Positions 6,736-15,345 of a stretch of DNA of 64,000 nucleotides are shown here, piece by piece. The position numbers and the translations under genes are program-made. Origin of the DNA: a virus (Duplodnaviria > Heunggongvirae > Uroviricota > Caudoviricetes); the IMG/VR virus record IMGVR_UViG_3300027509_000001, positions 64,001 through 128,000 of that record; one strand, 5' to 3'. Below the pieces are notes generated by a model that had not been told where the DNA came from, made no database searches, and saw only the letters and a program-made list of their open reading frames with translations. Within the stretch, counting starts at the first letter, position 1. The number at the start of each line of letters is the position of its first letter.

Positions 6736-8592
6736 TCAAACCCCTCTTAAATTATCGTATGCGATTATATGAGGCCTGCCTGTAAAATTATATCCTTCTC
6801 GAATACACATCTCAATAGTTGCTGGATATGTAAACAATAAAGATTGTCTATTATCTCCGGCCGGCATGACGTATGTTTTACTTTTTGGAATATTAAACTC
6901 TACCCTAAAGTCTTCTATTTCCTTTAATGCCTGTTCGCTTCCATCCCAGACTGGCTTGTAATGATAATCCTTAGATTGATAACCAGATATATTATGAAGA
7001 ATTGCTTCTTTATTCAACCGATATTTATTATGTTGTTTAATCATTTTCTCATCTACAATCTTTCCTTTAGGTGTTTTAATGCCTAACTTTGGTATTGTAT
7101 TTGAAAATTTAGGACTTAAACTATATAATCCTATTCTGCGGTCCAGTTCTAATTTATGGGAGCCTTCACTTTCAATTGTCATTACAATGCTGTTGGCAAT
7201 ACAGAAGTTATTTAATTCATTTACAATTTTCATATGCATTGTAGGCGAACCACCTGTTAGCATCATTTCTTTAATATATGGATATTTTTTGTATTCGTCA
7301 TATACATTCTGAATGCTAAATTTTCCTTTCTCTGGATGAATTGAAGTATACCAAGAATCGCAAAATCCGCCCTTTTCTCCGAACCAACAATTGTGAGAAA
7401 CTATAGATTGATGCCTACCAACTCTAACTAAATAATTATTGTATTCATTACAATGAAAATTATATGATTTATATAAAGACTTAGTTTTAATTCTCTTAAT
7501 AGATTCAATTTTAATACCATTTGTTAAAAATGTATTAACTTTCTTCAAAATAGTTTCATCATCGTGAGCAGCCATATTGATTGCCAAATATTTTGTATTT
7601 GGTAGACTTGATTTGGAATATATTTCATTTAATTCTTTATCATAATCATTCCAATTTGGTCTAAATGTTGAAACTTCTTCGCCTACTTCAATAAATTTAT
7701 TTTCGCCGTGAACCTTGAAATCTGGTACCTTTATTTTTCCCTTGCATTTCAAACTAAATTCTCCATCACCAGTAAACCATATTTGATCGTTCAGTCCTGC
7801 GGCTTTAATAATGTTCCAAAACCTCTTTTCGGGTCCGGACATGCCCTGTCCCATTTTCCATCCTAATCCATACCCGTTTTTATTTCTAGTTGAAATTGCT
7901 TTTTGAACAGTATTTGGGTTGAACATTGGATTATTCGCTTTCATATTGTCGGATATCCTGTCATATTTGTCTTTTATTTCAGTTTCCGATAATAAACCAT
8001 CCGGGTGTAACGTTCCTCTTTTTTCTAATCGTCTTTCATGCGTTAATTCCAATAATCCAGATTCGTCCCCAAAATGTCTCGTATTTGGATGCGAATGCGT
8101 TTTTTTAGCAATATCCGAATTAAACATTGGATTATATTTTCGCATGCGTCGAGAATTTCGCATTTTTCCAGAACAATGTACTAATTCATCAGTTTCTAGT
8201 AAATTTGCAGCCATTTTCCATCCACGAGTTGTAAGTACTGGATGCTCTGGTGTTACATTGAAATGTTGGTGGCCATTTTTTAATTTAACTACTACATATT
8301 CGCTTATGTCATTTATTTCTATGTCATTTATAGTGGTTTCTTGAATAGACGATGATAATTCATCCCAAGCTAAGATTCGATCTCCTACTTTTACATCCCA
8401 CATTTTTATACCTTTACCATTAGCATTAAATACTATTGGGTCCGCCCTGCCAGGAACTTTCACATGGCATCTATGTGTACATCCGGAAGTCCGAACTACG
8501 ATTGTGGGCATTCCTGCGCGGCTTCCTTCTCCCTGTACGGCTGGGTAAATTTCAACTATTGGCTGTATCTTGTTTAAATCCATTTTTTTCAT
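6736..8592 (-). CDS. queE: 7-carboxy-7-deazaguanine synthase (radical SAM) interrupted by an intein
   Basis: EIYPAVQGEG..AGMPTIVVRTSGC, after splicing CTHR-CWFGEKGGFCDSWYTS, LTGGSP, IESEGS, SLSPKF; about 258 aa mature. Confidence 0.9.
   Translation of the reverse strand: MKKMDLNKIQPIVEIYPAVQGEGSRAGMPTIVVRTSGCTHRCHVKVPGRADPIVFNANGKGIKMWDVKVGDRILAWDELSSSIQETTINDIEINDISEYVVVKLKNGHQHFNVTPEHPVLTTRGWKMAANLLETDELVHCSGKMRNSRRMRKYNPMFNSDIAKKTHSHPNTRHFGDESGLLELTHERRLEKRGTLHPDGLLSETEIKDKYDRISDNMKANNPMFNPNTVQKAISTRNKNGYGLGWKMGQGMSGPEKRFWNIIKAAGLNDQIWFTGDGEFSLKCKGKIKVPDFKVHGENKFIEVGEEVSTFRPNWNDYDKELNEIYSKSSLPNTKYLAINMAAHDDETILKKVNTFLTNGIKIESIKRIKTKSLYKSYNFHCNEYNNYLVRVGRHQSIVSHNCWFGEKGGFCDSWYTSIHPEKGKFSIQNVYDEYKKYPYIKEMMLTGGSPTMHMKIVNELNNFCIANSIVMTIESEGSHKLELDRRIGLYSLSPKFSNTIPKLGIKTPKGKIVDEKMIKQHNKYRLNKEAILHNISGYQSKDYHYKPVWDGSEQALKEIEDFRVEFNIPKSKTYVMPAGDNRQSLLFTYPATIEMCIREGYNFTGRPHIIAYDNLRGV
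7390..8469 (-). mobile_element. 360 aa intein in QueE with an internal Vsr/DUF559-like endonuclease
   Basis: Starts at Cys42 (CHVKVPG), block B VTPEHPVLT, ends IVSHN followed by Cys+1; internal SGPEKRF...VPDFKV..KFIEV nuclease-like segment and NPMFN repeats. Confidence 0.88.
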
Positions 8593-9187
8593 TTATAAGT
8601 GTCATTAATTTGTCCATAGATTCAGTTGCATTTTTCTTATCGATATTGCAAACTAATTGATCTATTTTTTCTCTTAAAGATAATGATTTACATACATCAT
8701 CAAATGATTCTACTAAATATGCTTGATATTGACTATTGCATTCTTGAGTTTCTTTGTCAAATGCAATAGTAATATTCTTTACCGCAATATATGCAGATGG
8801 TGGTATCATAAAATAAAAATACTTACCAGAAAATGGATTATAACAAATTACACGAAGTACTCCAATTTTTTTGTGACAATGTTTTACAACTGCTTGATAT
8901 CTTGGTACTCTTTCTTTTGTTTTTTTGCCATTTTTAACTCTAAAAAAAGACTTTTTCTGAACAGTAATTGTCTTTACATCTGTATCGTCAACTAAGTCTC
9001 GATAAATACCTTCGGGGCACAAATCAATTCCCGATTTTCTAGATATTGCAACCTCTGCTAAATTTGAGCCTGCTATTAATCCATCTCTAATTAAATCTTC
9101 AATTGTAGGTCCCTCCTTTCCATAGGCCTCTTTTAAGAGGTCCTGTACCAATCTATCGTTATGATGTTGGTCTTTTGCTAAATGCAT
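8552..9187 (-). CDS. Hypothetical protein, possibly PD-(D/E)XK-like nuclease
   Basis: 211 aa; E...RDLVDDTDVKT has D..D-x-K spacing, weak evidence only. Confidence 0.55.
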   Translation of the reverse strand: MHLAKDQHHNDRLVQDLLKEAYGKEGPTIEDLIRDGLIAGSNLAEVAISRKSGIDLCPEGIYRDLVDDTDVKTITVQKKSFFRVKNGKKTKERVPRYQAVVKHCHKKIGVLRVICYNPFSGKYFYFMIPPSAYIAVKNITIAFDKETQECNSQYQAYLVESFDDVCKSLSLREKIDQLVCNIDKKNATESMDKLMTLINEKNGFKQDTANS

Positions 9188-9207
9188 AAGTTAAGTTATT
9201 TTGTTGG

Positions 9208-9243
9208 AAAAGTTGCTAGGAATCAACCTAAAAAACAACTTTT
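9208..9243 (-). terminator. Bulged stem-loop between ORF 9275-9766 and ORF 8552-9187 (terminator or leader structure)
   Basis: Minus strand AAAAGTTG-ttttt-TAGG-ttgatt-CCTA-g-CAACTTTT. Confidence 0.4.
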
Positions 9244-9274
9244 AAAAGAAGACTTTCTCCTCTATGTAATTGAC

Positions 9275-9766
9275 TTAAAAATAAGTTATCTTAGTCTTTT
9301 TATTGCCTTCTACGTGAACAAATGTATTGCCGGATCCAGCTCGGTTTCCTTTTTGGACTTCCAATGCAACTGTTTTTCCGTCAGCCGATGTTCCAAATAT
9401 TGCTAATCCAAATTGCAATTTATTGCTTGCTCTGAAACCATTGCCCAATTGAATTATTGGTAATACATATATGTCTTTCCATTTTACATTTAACCTGCCA
9501 GAAATTGTTGCTAGGTTTTTTGTAGTTCTAGTAGAAAGTATACTTTGAGCCGCTGAATATTTTAGTTTATATCCTTTAGTTGTTTTTGGTCTCGCCGTTG
9601 GTGGAAATGGTATTGTAATAGATGGTAGTGAAGCTTCTAGTTCATCCCTTGCATCGCCGCCATTTTTTAATATTTCGGGAGTATACTTATTTCTAAGTTT
9701 TTGAAGTGCAGAAGTGCTTTCGTATAATCTTTCCTGCTTTACTTCGTTCCAAATTTTCTTGTCCAT
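9275..9766 (-). CDS. Hypothetical protein with MxKKIWNE leader (putative internal virion protein)
   Basis: MDKKIWNEVK start and AAAAGGA upstream, nearly identical to the leader cassettes at 34.5-38 kb. Confidence 0.7.
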   Translation of the reverse strand: MDKKIWNEVKQERLYESTSALQKLRNKYTPEILKNGGDARDELEASLPSITIPFPPTARPKTTKGYKLKYSAAQSILSTRTTKNLATISGRLNVKWKDIYVLPIIQLGNGFRASNKLQFGLAIFGTSADGKTVALEVQKGNRAGSGNTFVHVEGNKKTKITYF

Positions 9767-9780
9767 TTTAAATTCCTTTT

Positions 9781-10080
9781 TTAATAAATAGTCGTACTTA
9801 AAACAAGTTCACTATCTAATTGTTGAAGTATTATAGTTTCTATTAGATCGTTAGTAACATCGTTAGTATTTTCAACTTGTCTAAATTTCATCAAACCTTG
9901 TTTAGATAAATAATTGAAAATATCAAATGTTGGATCATTTTCAGATATTAATATTACGCCATTAAGTCCATCTATGGCCTCATCTAATTCTGGATTTGTT
10001 TTTTCTAATACAATCTTGCAGGATTTTAATATAACCGGTTTGTCTACGTCTTTATAACCAAATACTATTGTCGTTTCCAT
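9781..10080 (-). CDS. Hypothetical protein
   Basis: 99 aa ORF with its own promoter. Confidence 0.65.
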   Translation of the reverse strand: METTIVFGYKDVDKPVILKSCKIVLEKTNPELDEAIDGLNGVILISENDPTFDIFNYLSKQGLMKFRQVENTNDVTNDLIETIILQQLDSELVLSTTIY

Positions 10081-10103
10081 TTAATATTATTTTTAAGTTT
10101 TAA

Positions 10104-10135
10104 CGAATATAAGTAAAATAATTCACTTATCCAAA
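10104..10135 (-). promoter_or_regulatory. Host-type promoter
   Basis: Minus strand TTTG-N20-TATATTCG upstream of the ATG at 10080. Confidence 0.55.
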
Positions 10136-10143
10136 TTTATTTT

Positions 10144-11883
10144 TTAGCCATCACATGCAGAGCATTCCAATAAACTTCTATTAAATATTTGGGCACCATT
10201 AGTACTATGTTGATAATATAAAGTCTTTATCCCTTCTTCATGTGCCAATTTAATTAAATTGTGAATATCATTTGCAGTTGCGTGTGGCGATATCATTAAA
10301 TTTAGGGACTGGCCCTGATCGATAAATTTTTGCCTTTGCGCTGCCAATTTAATTATATCTACTTGCGAAACCTCTTCATATGTTTTAAACACATCCTTTT
10401 CATGCTTCGTCAATTGTGTTATATGCTGAACGCTTCCATTATTTTCTAAAATACTTTGCCATATAGCTCGATGATTTAAATCTTTTTTAGTTAACAATTC
10501 GACTAATAATGGATTTTTATAGGTTGTTTGATTTTTTGCGTTCGCCTTTTCATGGTAATTGCTCTTTATAACCCCAATTCCTTGCGATACGCCGCCCATT
10601 ATTTCCCCTGACGACTTGTTTGGTGCCACGGCCAATCTACTTGTAAAACGCTCTCCATAGCCTTTAAGAATTTCTGGTTCTCCTAGTTCTTTAGCTAGTT
10701 CTTTAGATGCTTTTAAAGATTCTACATCCATTCTTTTAAAAATTTTATGGTTTACTTGATAAGATTCTATCGACCCCCATGAAATCATATTTTTTTGCAA
10801 ATAACTATGAAATCCTAATAAGCCCAAACCTACTGCGCGGTGTTTATTTGCAAAATTCATAGCCTTTTTAAACCCTGGTAAATTTGTGGCTAATTTAATA
10901 TATTCTTCCATTACTGCATCTAACATAATCATTCCCAACCAAACTAAATCTTTTGGCCAATCGTCATAATGCAATGCATTCAAAGATAATAAAGCACATG
11001 CAAATTCAGTGTCCTTGTCACAATACTCTATTACTTCTGTACAGATATTACTGGTGAAGATATGCATGTTGTTGTCTTTATAAACTTGAGCCTTGCCCTT
11101 ATTGCAATTATCTTCAAATAAAATATAAGGAAATCCCTTTTCAGATCTGCGTTTTATTAATTTTGCATATGCCGACATAAGTTTTGTATCGTCAGCAGTC
11201 CATTCATTAGGTGATATCATTTTCAATTCTTCCATTCTTTCCATAACTCCAGCTGGAATTGTAACACCAGTTGTAATATTTTGAATTGAATATCCTATAT
11301 CTTCTTTAGGATCACCGTCCATTCCAATGTTTAAAAAACTATCTATGTCCGCATGAAGTATTGAATTCCAAGCTGTTAAAAACCCACGTCTCATTCCACC
11401 TTGTGACATCTTTGCTATTTTAGAAGCGTAACTTTGGATCCAACTAACTTGACCAGGCGATGTACCAGATTTATCTTTGCCATATTTTTCACCAAGACCT
11501 CTAATAGGTGTAAAATTTTTGGCTGTGCCTGCACCGTTCTTTGCTAACATCGACATTTCATATTCACCATAAGCGATATCGTTCATCGTATCTTCTACCA
11601 CTCCAAAATTACAAGATATTGGCAATCCTTTATTTGTTCCAAAATTACAAGATATTGGCAATCCTTTATTTGTTCCAAAATTACTTAATATTGGAGATGA
11701 AAACGATATTAAATTTCGACTACAATAGTCGTATATTTTATCAGATATTCCCTTTCTTTTTGTTACTGTTTCAAAATGATCTGCTATTTGCCTATACCTC
11801 TGCTCTACAGTTATTTCATTTCCTATATATCCACGAGACAATGTTGTTCGTATATCGTCTGTTACCCAATAAAATTTTTTCAC
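10144..11883 (-). CDS. nrdA: Class Ia ribonucleotide reductase alpha subunit (no ATP cone)
   Basis: FSSPIL, GLPISC, SQGGMRRG, TSNICTEV (thiyl-radical Cys), GLGLLG, LAVAPNKSS, DQGQSLN, KTLYY, C-terminal CSACDG. Confidence 0.95.
   Translation of the reverse strand: MKKFYWVTDDIRTTLSRGYIGNEITVEQRYRQIADHFETVTKRKGISDKIYDYCSRNLISFSSPILSNFGTNKGLPISCNFGTNKGLPISCNFGVVEDTMNDIAYGEYEMSMLAKNGAGTAKNFTPIRGLGEKYGKDKSGTSPGQVSWIQSYASKIAKMSQGGMRRGFLTAWNSILHADIDSFLNIGMDGDPKEDIGYSIQNITTGVTIPAGVMERMEELKMISPNEWTADDTKLMSAYAKLIKRRSEKGFPYILFEDNCNKGKAQVYKDNNMHIFTSNICTEVIEYCDKDTEFACALLSLNALHYDDWPKDLVWLGMIMLDAVMEEYIKLATNLPGFKKAMNFANKHRAVGLGLLGFHSYLQKNMISWGSIESYQVNHKIFKRMDVESLKASKELAKELGEPEILKGYGERFTSRLAVAPNKSSGEIMGGVSQGIGVIKSNYHEKANAKNQTTYKNPLLVELLTKKDLNHRAIWQSILENNGSVQHITQLTKHEKDVFKTYEEVSQVDIIKLAAQRQKFIDQGQSLNLMISPHATANDIHNLIKLAHEEGIKTLYYQHSTNGAQIFNRSLLECSACDG
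11603..11684. repeat. Perfect 36 bp tandem duplication (about 2.3 copies) inside nrdA
   Basis: ccaaaattacaagatattggcaatcctttatttgtt at 11603 and 11639 plus ccaaaattac; duplicates NFGTNKGLPISC in frame. Confidence 0.95.
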
Positions 11884-11888
11884 TTATA

Positions 11889-12887
11889 TTATACCTTTTT
11901 TATGTTAATGTTAAAAACCGCTTCTATACTACAATCTCTTCCAGTTGAATAATCTGACAACCGTTGATCGAAGAAGTCTGCATCCATAGTTGATTTTAAT
12001 TTGATGTCCAAAAATTCTGATTTTTTAAGTAATTTTTCATCTAGGTCATACTCTGGATCGTATCCCATTAAACCTAAACTGTCATTCAATCGCAGTTTTA
12101 AATATTCTGCAATTTCATTCCTTGTCAAGAAATCTAATTCTCCATTCTCAAAAATCCAATCTAGTACTTTCATTTCTGCTCGATATGATTTCCTAATACC
12201 ACGTCTTATCTTTGCTTCCATTTCATCATCAAACCAATCAGGATTTTCTTTTTTTATGATACCAACTAATGTCGCTCCAAATTTACCATGAAGTATTTCT
12301 TCTCTAGCTGTAGAGTCTATTATTCTACTTATTGTTTTTAATGAATTTTTATATTTTGTAAATGACGATATAATTAAAAATTGACTGAAAAGAGATACAT
12401 TCTCCACTAATAAGGTAAATAGTATTAATGACTTAGTAAATTCTTTATTTGATCGAGATGACATTCCACTAATGTATCTCTTAAGATATTTTGTTCTGTC
12501 TGCAATTGCTGGTATATTCATTAACTTAGCAAACTCGCCCTCTAGTCCTAAAAATGATAATAGTTCAGAATATGCAAATGAATGAACCACTTCATTGCCA
12601 GCAAATGTTGATCCTACAAATGCCACCTCTGGTTTAGGCATTCTCATATCTATTCTTCCCCAGAATGTTTTAACTGAATTTTCAACGTGCGATATAGCTA
12701 ACATCGTCTTTTGAATTACCTCCTTCTCAAGATCAGTTAATATTGTTTTAAATTCAAGTTCATCTGCCTTTAAAGAAACCATATGTTCTTCAACAGTCCA
12801 TGGGGTATGTTGTATAGCTTTTGAAAATGGTATAAGCTCTGGATATTCGTATGGCTTTACTGTATCTCTTGGTTCAAATATATTCAT
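11889..12887 (-). CDS. nrdB: Ribonucleotide reductase beta subunit
   Basis: VKPYEYP, WTVEE, ENSVK, NEVVHSFAYS (Fe ligand, radical Tyr), ENVSLFSQF, REEILH, DFFDQR. Confidence 0.95.
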   Translation of the reverse strand: MNIFEPRDTVKPYEYPELIPFSKAIQHTPWTVEEHMVSLKADELEFKTILTDLEKEVIQKTMLAISHVENSVKTFWGRIDMRMPKPEVAFVGSTFAGNEVVHSFAYSELLSFLGLEGEFAKLMNIPAIADRTKYLKRYISGMSSRSNKEFTKSLILFTLLVENVSLFSQFLIISSFTKYKNSLKTISRIIDSTAREEILHGKFGATLVGIIKKENPDWFDDEMEAKIRRGIRKSYRAEMKVLDWIFENGELDFLTRNEIAEYLKLRLNDSLGLMGYDPEYDLDEKLLKKSEFLDIKLKSTMDADFFDQRLSDYSTGRDCSIEAVFNINIKKV

Positions 12888-12912
12888 AGGTATGTAGTCC
12901 TTAATAATTTAC

Positions 12913-12940
12913 AAAAAAAGAGACCTAAATGATCTCTTTT
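12913..12940 (-). terminator. Intrinsic terminator
   Basis: Minus strand AAAAGAGAtc-attta-ggTCTCTTTT followed by more T. Confidence 0.65.
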
Positions 12941-12967
12941 AAATTAATTCATTAAAAAATCTTTTTC

Positions 12968-13528
12968 TTATTTAGATTTTTCTGCTTCGATAGCAACTAT
13001 AATGTCAGCTTTAGTGCGATAGTCATCTTCATCGAGACCTAATTTCTTAGCTACATCATTTAGTTCGCTTCGTTTCATTTCGTCTAGTGGCTTTTCGTCA
13101 ACAACTGGAACACTGTCTTCATCAGGTGTTGGGTTATCAACAGTTGGTGGAATGTCGTCTGCTGGAATAGAAGTGTCTGCTGGAGGAATAACATCTATTG
13201 TATCATCGACTAATTCTATTTTCTTATCTGCAATTGCTTCTGCAACAATGGCTTCGTCAACTTGAATAGATTCTACATCGATTGTAGAAATGAATGTTGG
13301 ATTCTTAATGTTTGCCGCATGTAATAATGACATTGCATTATTCATAGATTCTTTAACTCCATATTTTTTAAATGGAATTGTTATTACACTTTTACTTCCA
13401 TCTTCTGCTTCTTCTATTTCGAATTTATTTAATGGGTCCAATTGAGACTTTGCATTTTTCTTTATTCCAAAATATGGGCTATAATAAAATTTATTATTTT
13501 TTAAATTAATCGTTTTTAGTATGTGCAT
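12968..13528 (-). CDS. Hypothetical protein with C-terminal Rho-N/HeH-like helical domain
   Basis: C-terminal PLDEMKRSELNDVAKKLGL..YRTKADIIVAIE after an acidic Pro-rich linker; N-terminal domain paralogous to the adjacent ORF. Confidence 0.65.
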   Translation of the reverse strand: MHILKTINLKNNKFYYSPYFGIKKNAKSQLDPLNKFEIEEAEDGSKSVITIPFKKYGVKESMNNAMSLLHAANIKNPTFISTIDVESIQVDEAIVAEAIADKKIELVDDTIDVIPPADTSIPADDIPPTVDNPTPDEDSVPVVDEKPLDEMKRSELNDVAKKLGLDEDDYRTKADIIVAIEAEKSK

Positions 13529-13943
13529 CTTTTTTTGATTTTGATTTTTGAAATGGTTTTTTTGCTTCTTTAGGGGAAGTTTCTTTTTTTACTGGTTGAG
13601 TTGTTTCTTTTTTTGCTTCTTTAGGGGTAGGTGTAGAAGTTTCTTTTTTAACTTCTGCTTCTTTAGGTTTTTCAGTGACTTTTGCTTTTTGAGCCGTTGG
13701 CGTTGTATCTATGTGCTTTGGGTCTAATTTTGCTGCTAGCCTGGATTTGATTAAAATTGCTGCCGATCTTGGCATGCTCAGATTTCTTCCTATTACAGTT
13801 CTATCCACATTTGACATAGTTCCTCTGCCATTACTAACCAAGGCGTCGAATTTATTTAATGGGTCTCTTTTCCTATCCGAGTCTTCTACTCGAGTAAAAT
13901 AATATTCTCCAGTAGATAAATTTCTGATTTTAAGTACTTGCAT
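13506..13943 (-). CDS. Hypothetical protein with Lys/Thr/Pro-rich low-complexity tail
   Basis: N-terminus LKIRNLSTGEYY...RDPLNKF; tail repeats PKEAKK and KKET. Confidence 0.65.
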   Translation of the reverse strand: MQVLKIRNLSTGEYYFTRVEDSDRKRDPLNKFDALVSNGRGTMSNVDRTVIGRNLSMPRSAAILIKSRLAAKLDPKHIDTTPTAQKAKVTEKPKEAEVKKETSTPTPKEAKKETTQPVKKETSPKEAKKPFQKSKSKKDAHTKND

Positions 13944-13962
13944 TTATTTTCCTTTTTGTTTT

Positions 13963-13970
13963 TATAAATA
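13963..13970 (-). promoter_or_regulatory. Putative late promoter TATTTATA followed by AAAAAGGA RBS
   Basis: Minus strand CTATTTATAAAAACAAAAAGGAAAATAAATG. Confidence 0.55.
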
Positions 13971-13971
13971 G

Positions 13972-15345
13972 TTAAAATGATTTCTTATCACTAGAATCTT
14001 TAACATTCATTGCAAAATATTTATCTTTTAATATTTGCTTGTTATAACCTTCGTTGACAACCATTTGTTTTTTCTGTTCGTTCCCTTCCTTTGTTGTGGG
14101 TTCAAATACCTTAAGTATGCCACGGTTTGTATCCATTTTCATTGGCAAAGTCATACCATCTGGTCCCATCCTGTTTTTTATTATGTGCATCCTACCGGTT
14201 TGTGCTGCTTTGTCTGCATCTTTTCTTGATAAAGACATTACAAAATCACATGTAAATATCTTACCATACGATGCAGAAATTTTATCTGCACCAATTACAT
14301 TTTCTTCAAGGCCACTTCTATTTGCTTGAGATGCTGACCAGACTGGAATCATTAATTCGCCGGACATTCCTCTAATCTCTTCGTATAATTCTGCTAGAAC
14401 TTCGTGCTTATCTCTATTATTTGAATATTTTAATAAATCAACATAATCAATGATTATTAAATCTGGTTCAAAGTTTACTATTTTTAATTTATTAATATAA
14501 GCTATTAATCCTGACAGCGATATCGATTTTGTTGGAAACCATTTGATTCTTAATTTACCCTTTAATTTATCCAATGTAGTTTCTAATTCAGACATTGAAT
14601 TTTTTAGCATTTCACTAGACATACCAGTTATAATACTGTCATACCTTAAACCAGTATAGGCCTCAGATAATTCCAATGTCACATGTAATACATTTTTACC
14701 AGACTTTAATGCATTGGCTCCTAGGGCGCCAAGAACCCAACTTTTTCCAACCCCTGATGGTGCAACTACTATTCCAAGCTCTCCTGCTGACAGCCCTCCT
14801 GACATTAATTCGTCCAAAACTTCCCAACCTGTACTGACTGGGTTTCTAGTTTCTTCTTCATATCTGGAGGCAATGTCTTCTGTATAATCTAGGCCCAAAT
14901 CTGTATTAAGTCCTACATTCATGGCTTTATTGATGACTTCTCGAATTTCATCGAATTTTCCAAACTGCAAATGATCCACTGATTGCATTATTGCAATTTT
15001 AATTTCTTGCTTTTTACAAAAATCTAAAATTTGATCTTTTATGAAATCTAGATCATTTGCATCTGTTTGAATTACTGCCTTTTTAAGAGACTGTTTAATT
15101 TCAGTTCTAGTAACTTCGTCGTCAATTCTAGTAACAAGAACTTTGAATATATCTAAAGTTGGAACTTTCCGCTTTTCTTCAAAATATTTCAATATTTGTT
15201 TTACTATCCATTGAACTGACTCTGATTCAAAGTATTCTACTTTAAGTATATCATACACTTGCCCAACAAATGTTGAGTCCGAAAGCATTGCAGATACTGA
15301 CTTAATTTGAAAATTACTTCCAAAATCAGCGAAGTTTTTTAACAT
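13972..15345 (-). CDS. dnaB: Replicative DnaB/gp41-like helicase
   Basis: VAPSGVGKS Walker A, HVTLELSE, IIIDYVDLL, WSASQANR, KNRMG. Confidence 0.92.
   Translation of the reverse strand: MLKNFADFGSNFQIKSVSAMLSDSTFVGQVYDILKVEYFESESVQWIVKQILKYFEEKRKVPTLDIFKVLVTRIDDEVTRTEIKQSLKKAVIQTDANDLDFIKDQILDFCKKQEIKIAIMQSVDHLQFGKFDEIREVINKAMNVGLNTDLGLDYTEDIASRYEEETRNPVSTGWEVLDELMSGGLSAGELGIVVAPSGVGKSWVLGALGANALKSGKNVLHVTLELSEAYTGLRYDSIITGMSSEMLKNSMSELETTLDKLKGKLRIKWFPTKSISLSGLIAYINKLKIVNFEPDLIIIDYVDLLKYSNNRDKHEVLAELYEEIRGMSGELMIPVWSASQANRSGLEENVIGADKISASYGKIFTCDFVMSLSRKDADKAAQTGRMHIIKNRMGPDGMTLPMKMDTNRGILKVFEPTTKEGNEQKKQMVVNEGYNKQILKDKYFAMNVKDSSDKKSF

Noticed and set aside
1-9200. dpdA/tgt and queD genes expected for a complete deazaguanine system
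   Set aside because: No ORF with TGT-barrel or 6-pyruvoyl-tetrahydropterin synthase motifs was recognised in the window; DNA rather than tRNA modification therefore remains unproven
11603-11684. 36 bp direct repeats as a CRISPR array
   Set aside because: Copies are contiguous with no spacers, in frame within nrdA, and no cas genes are present
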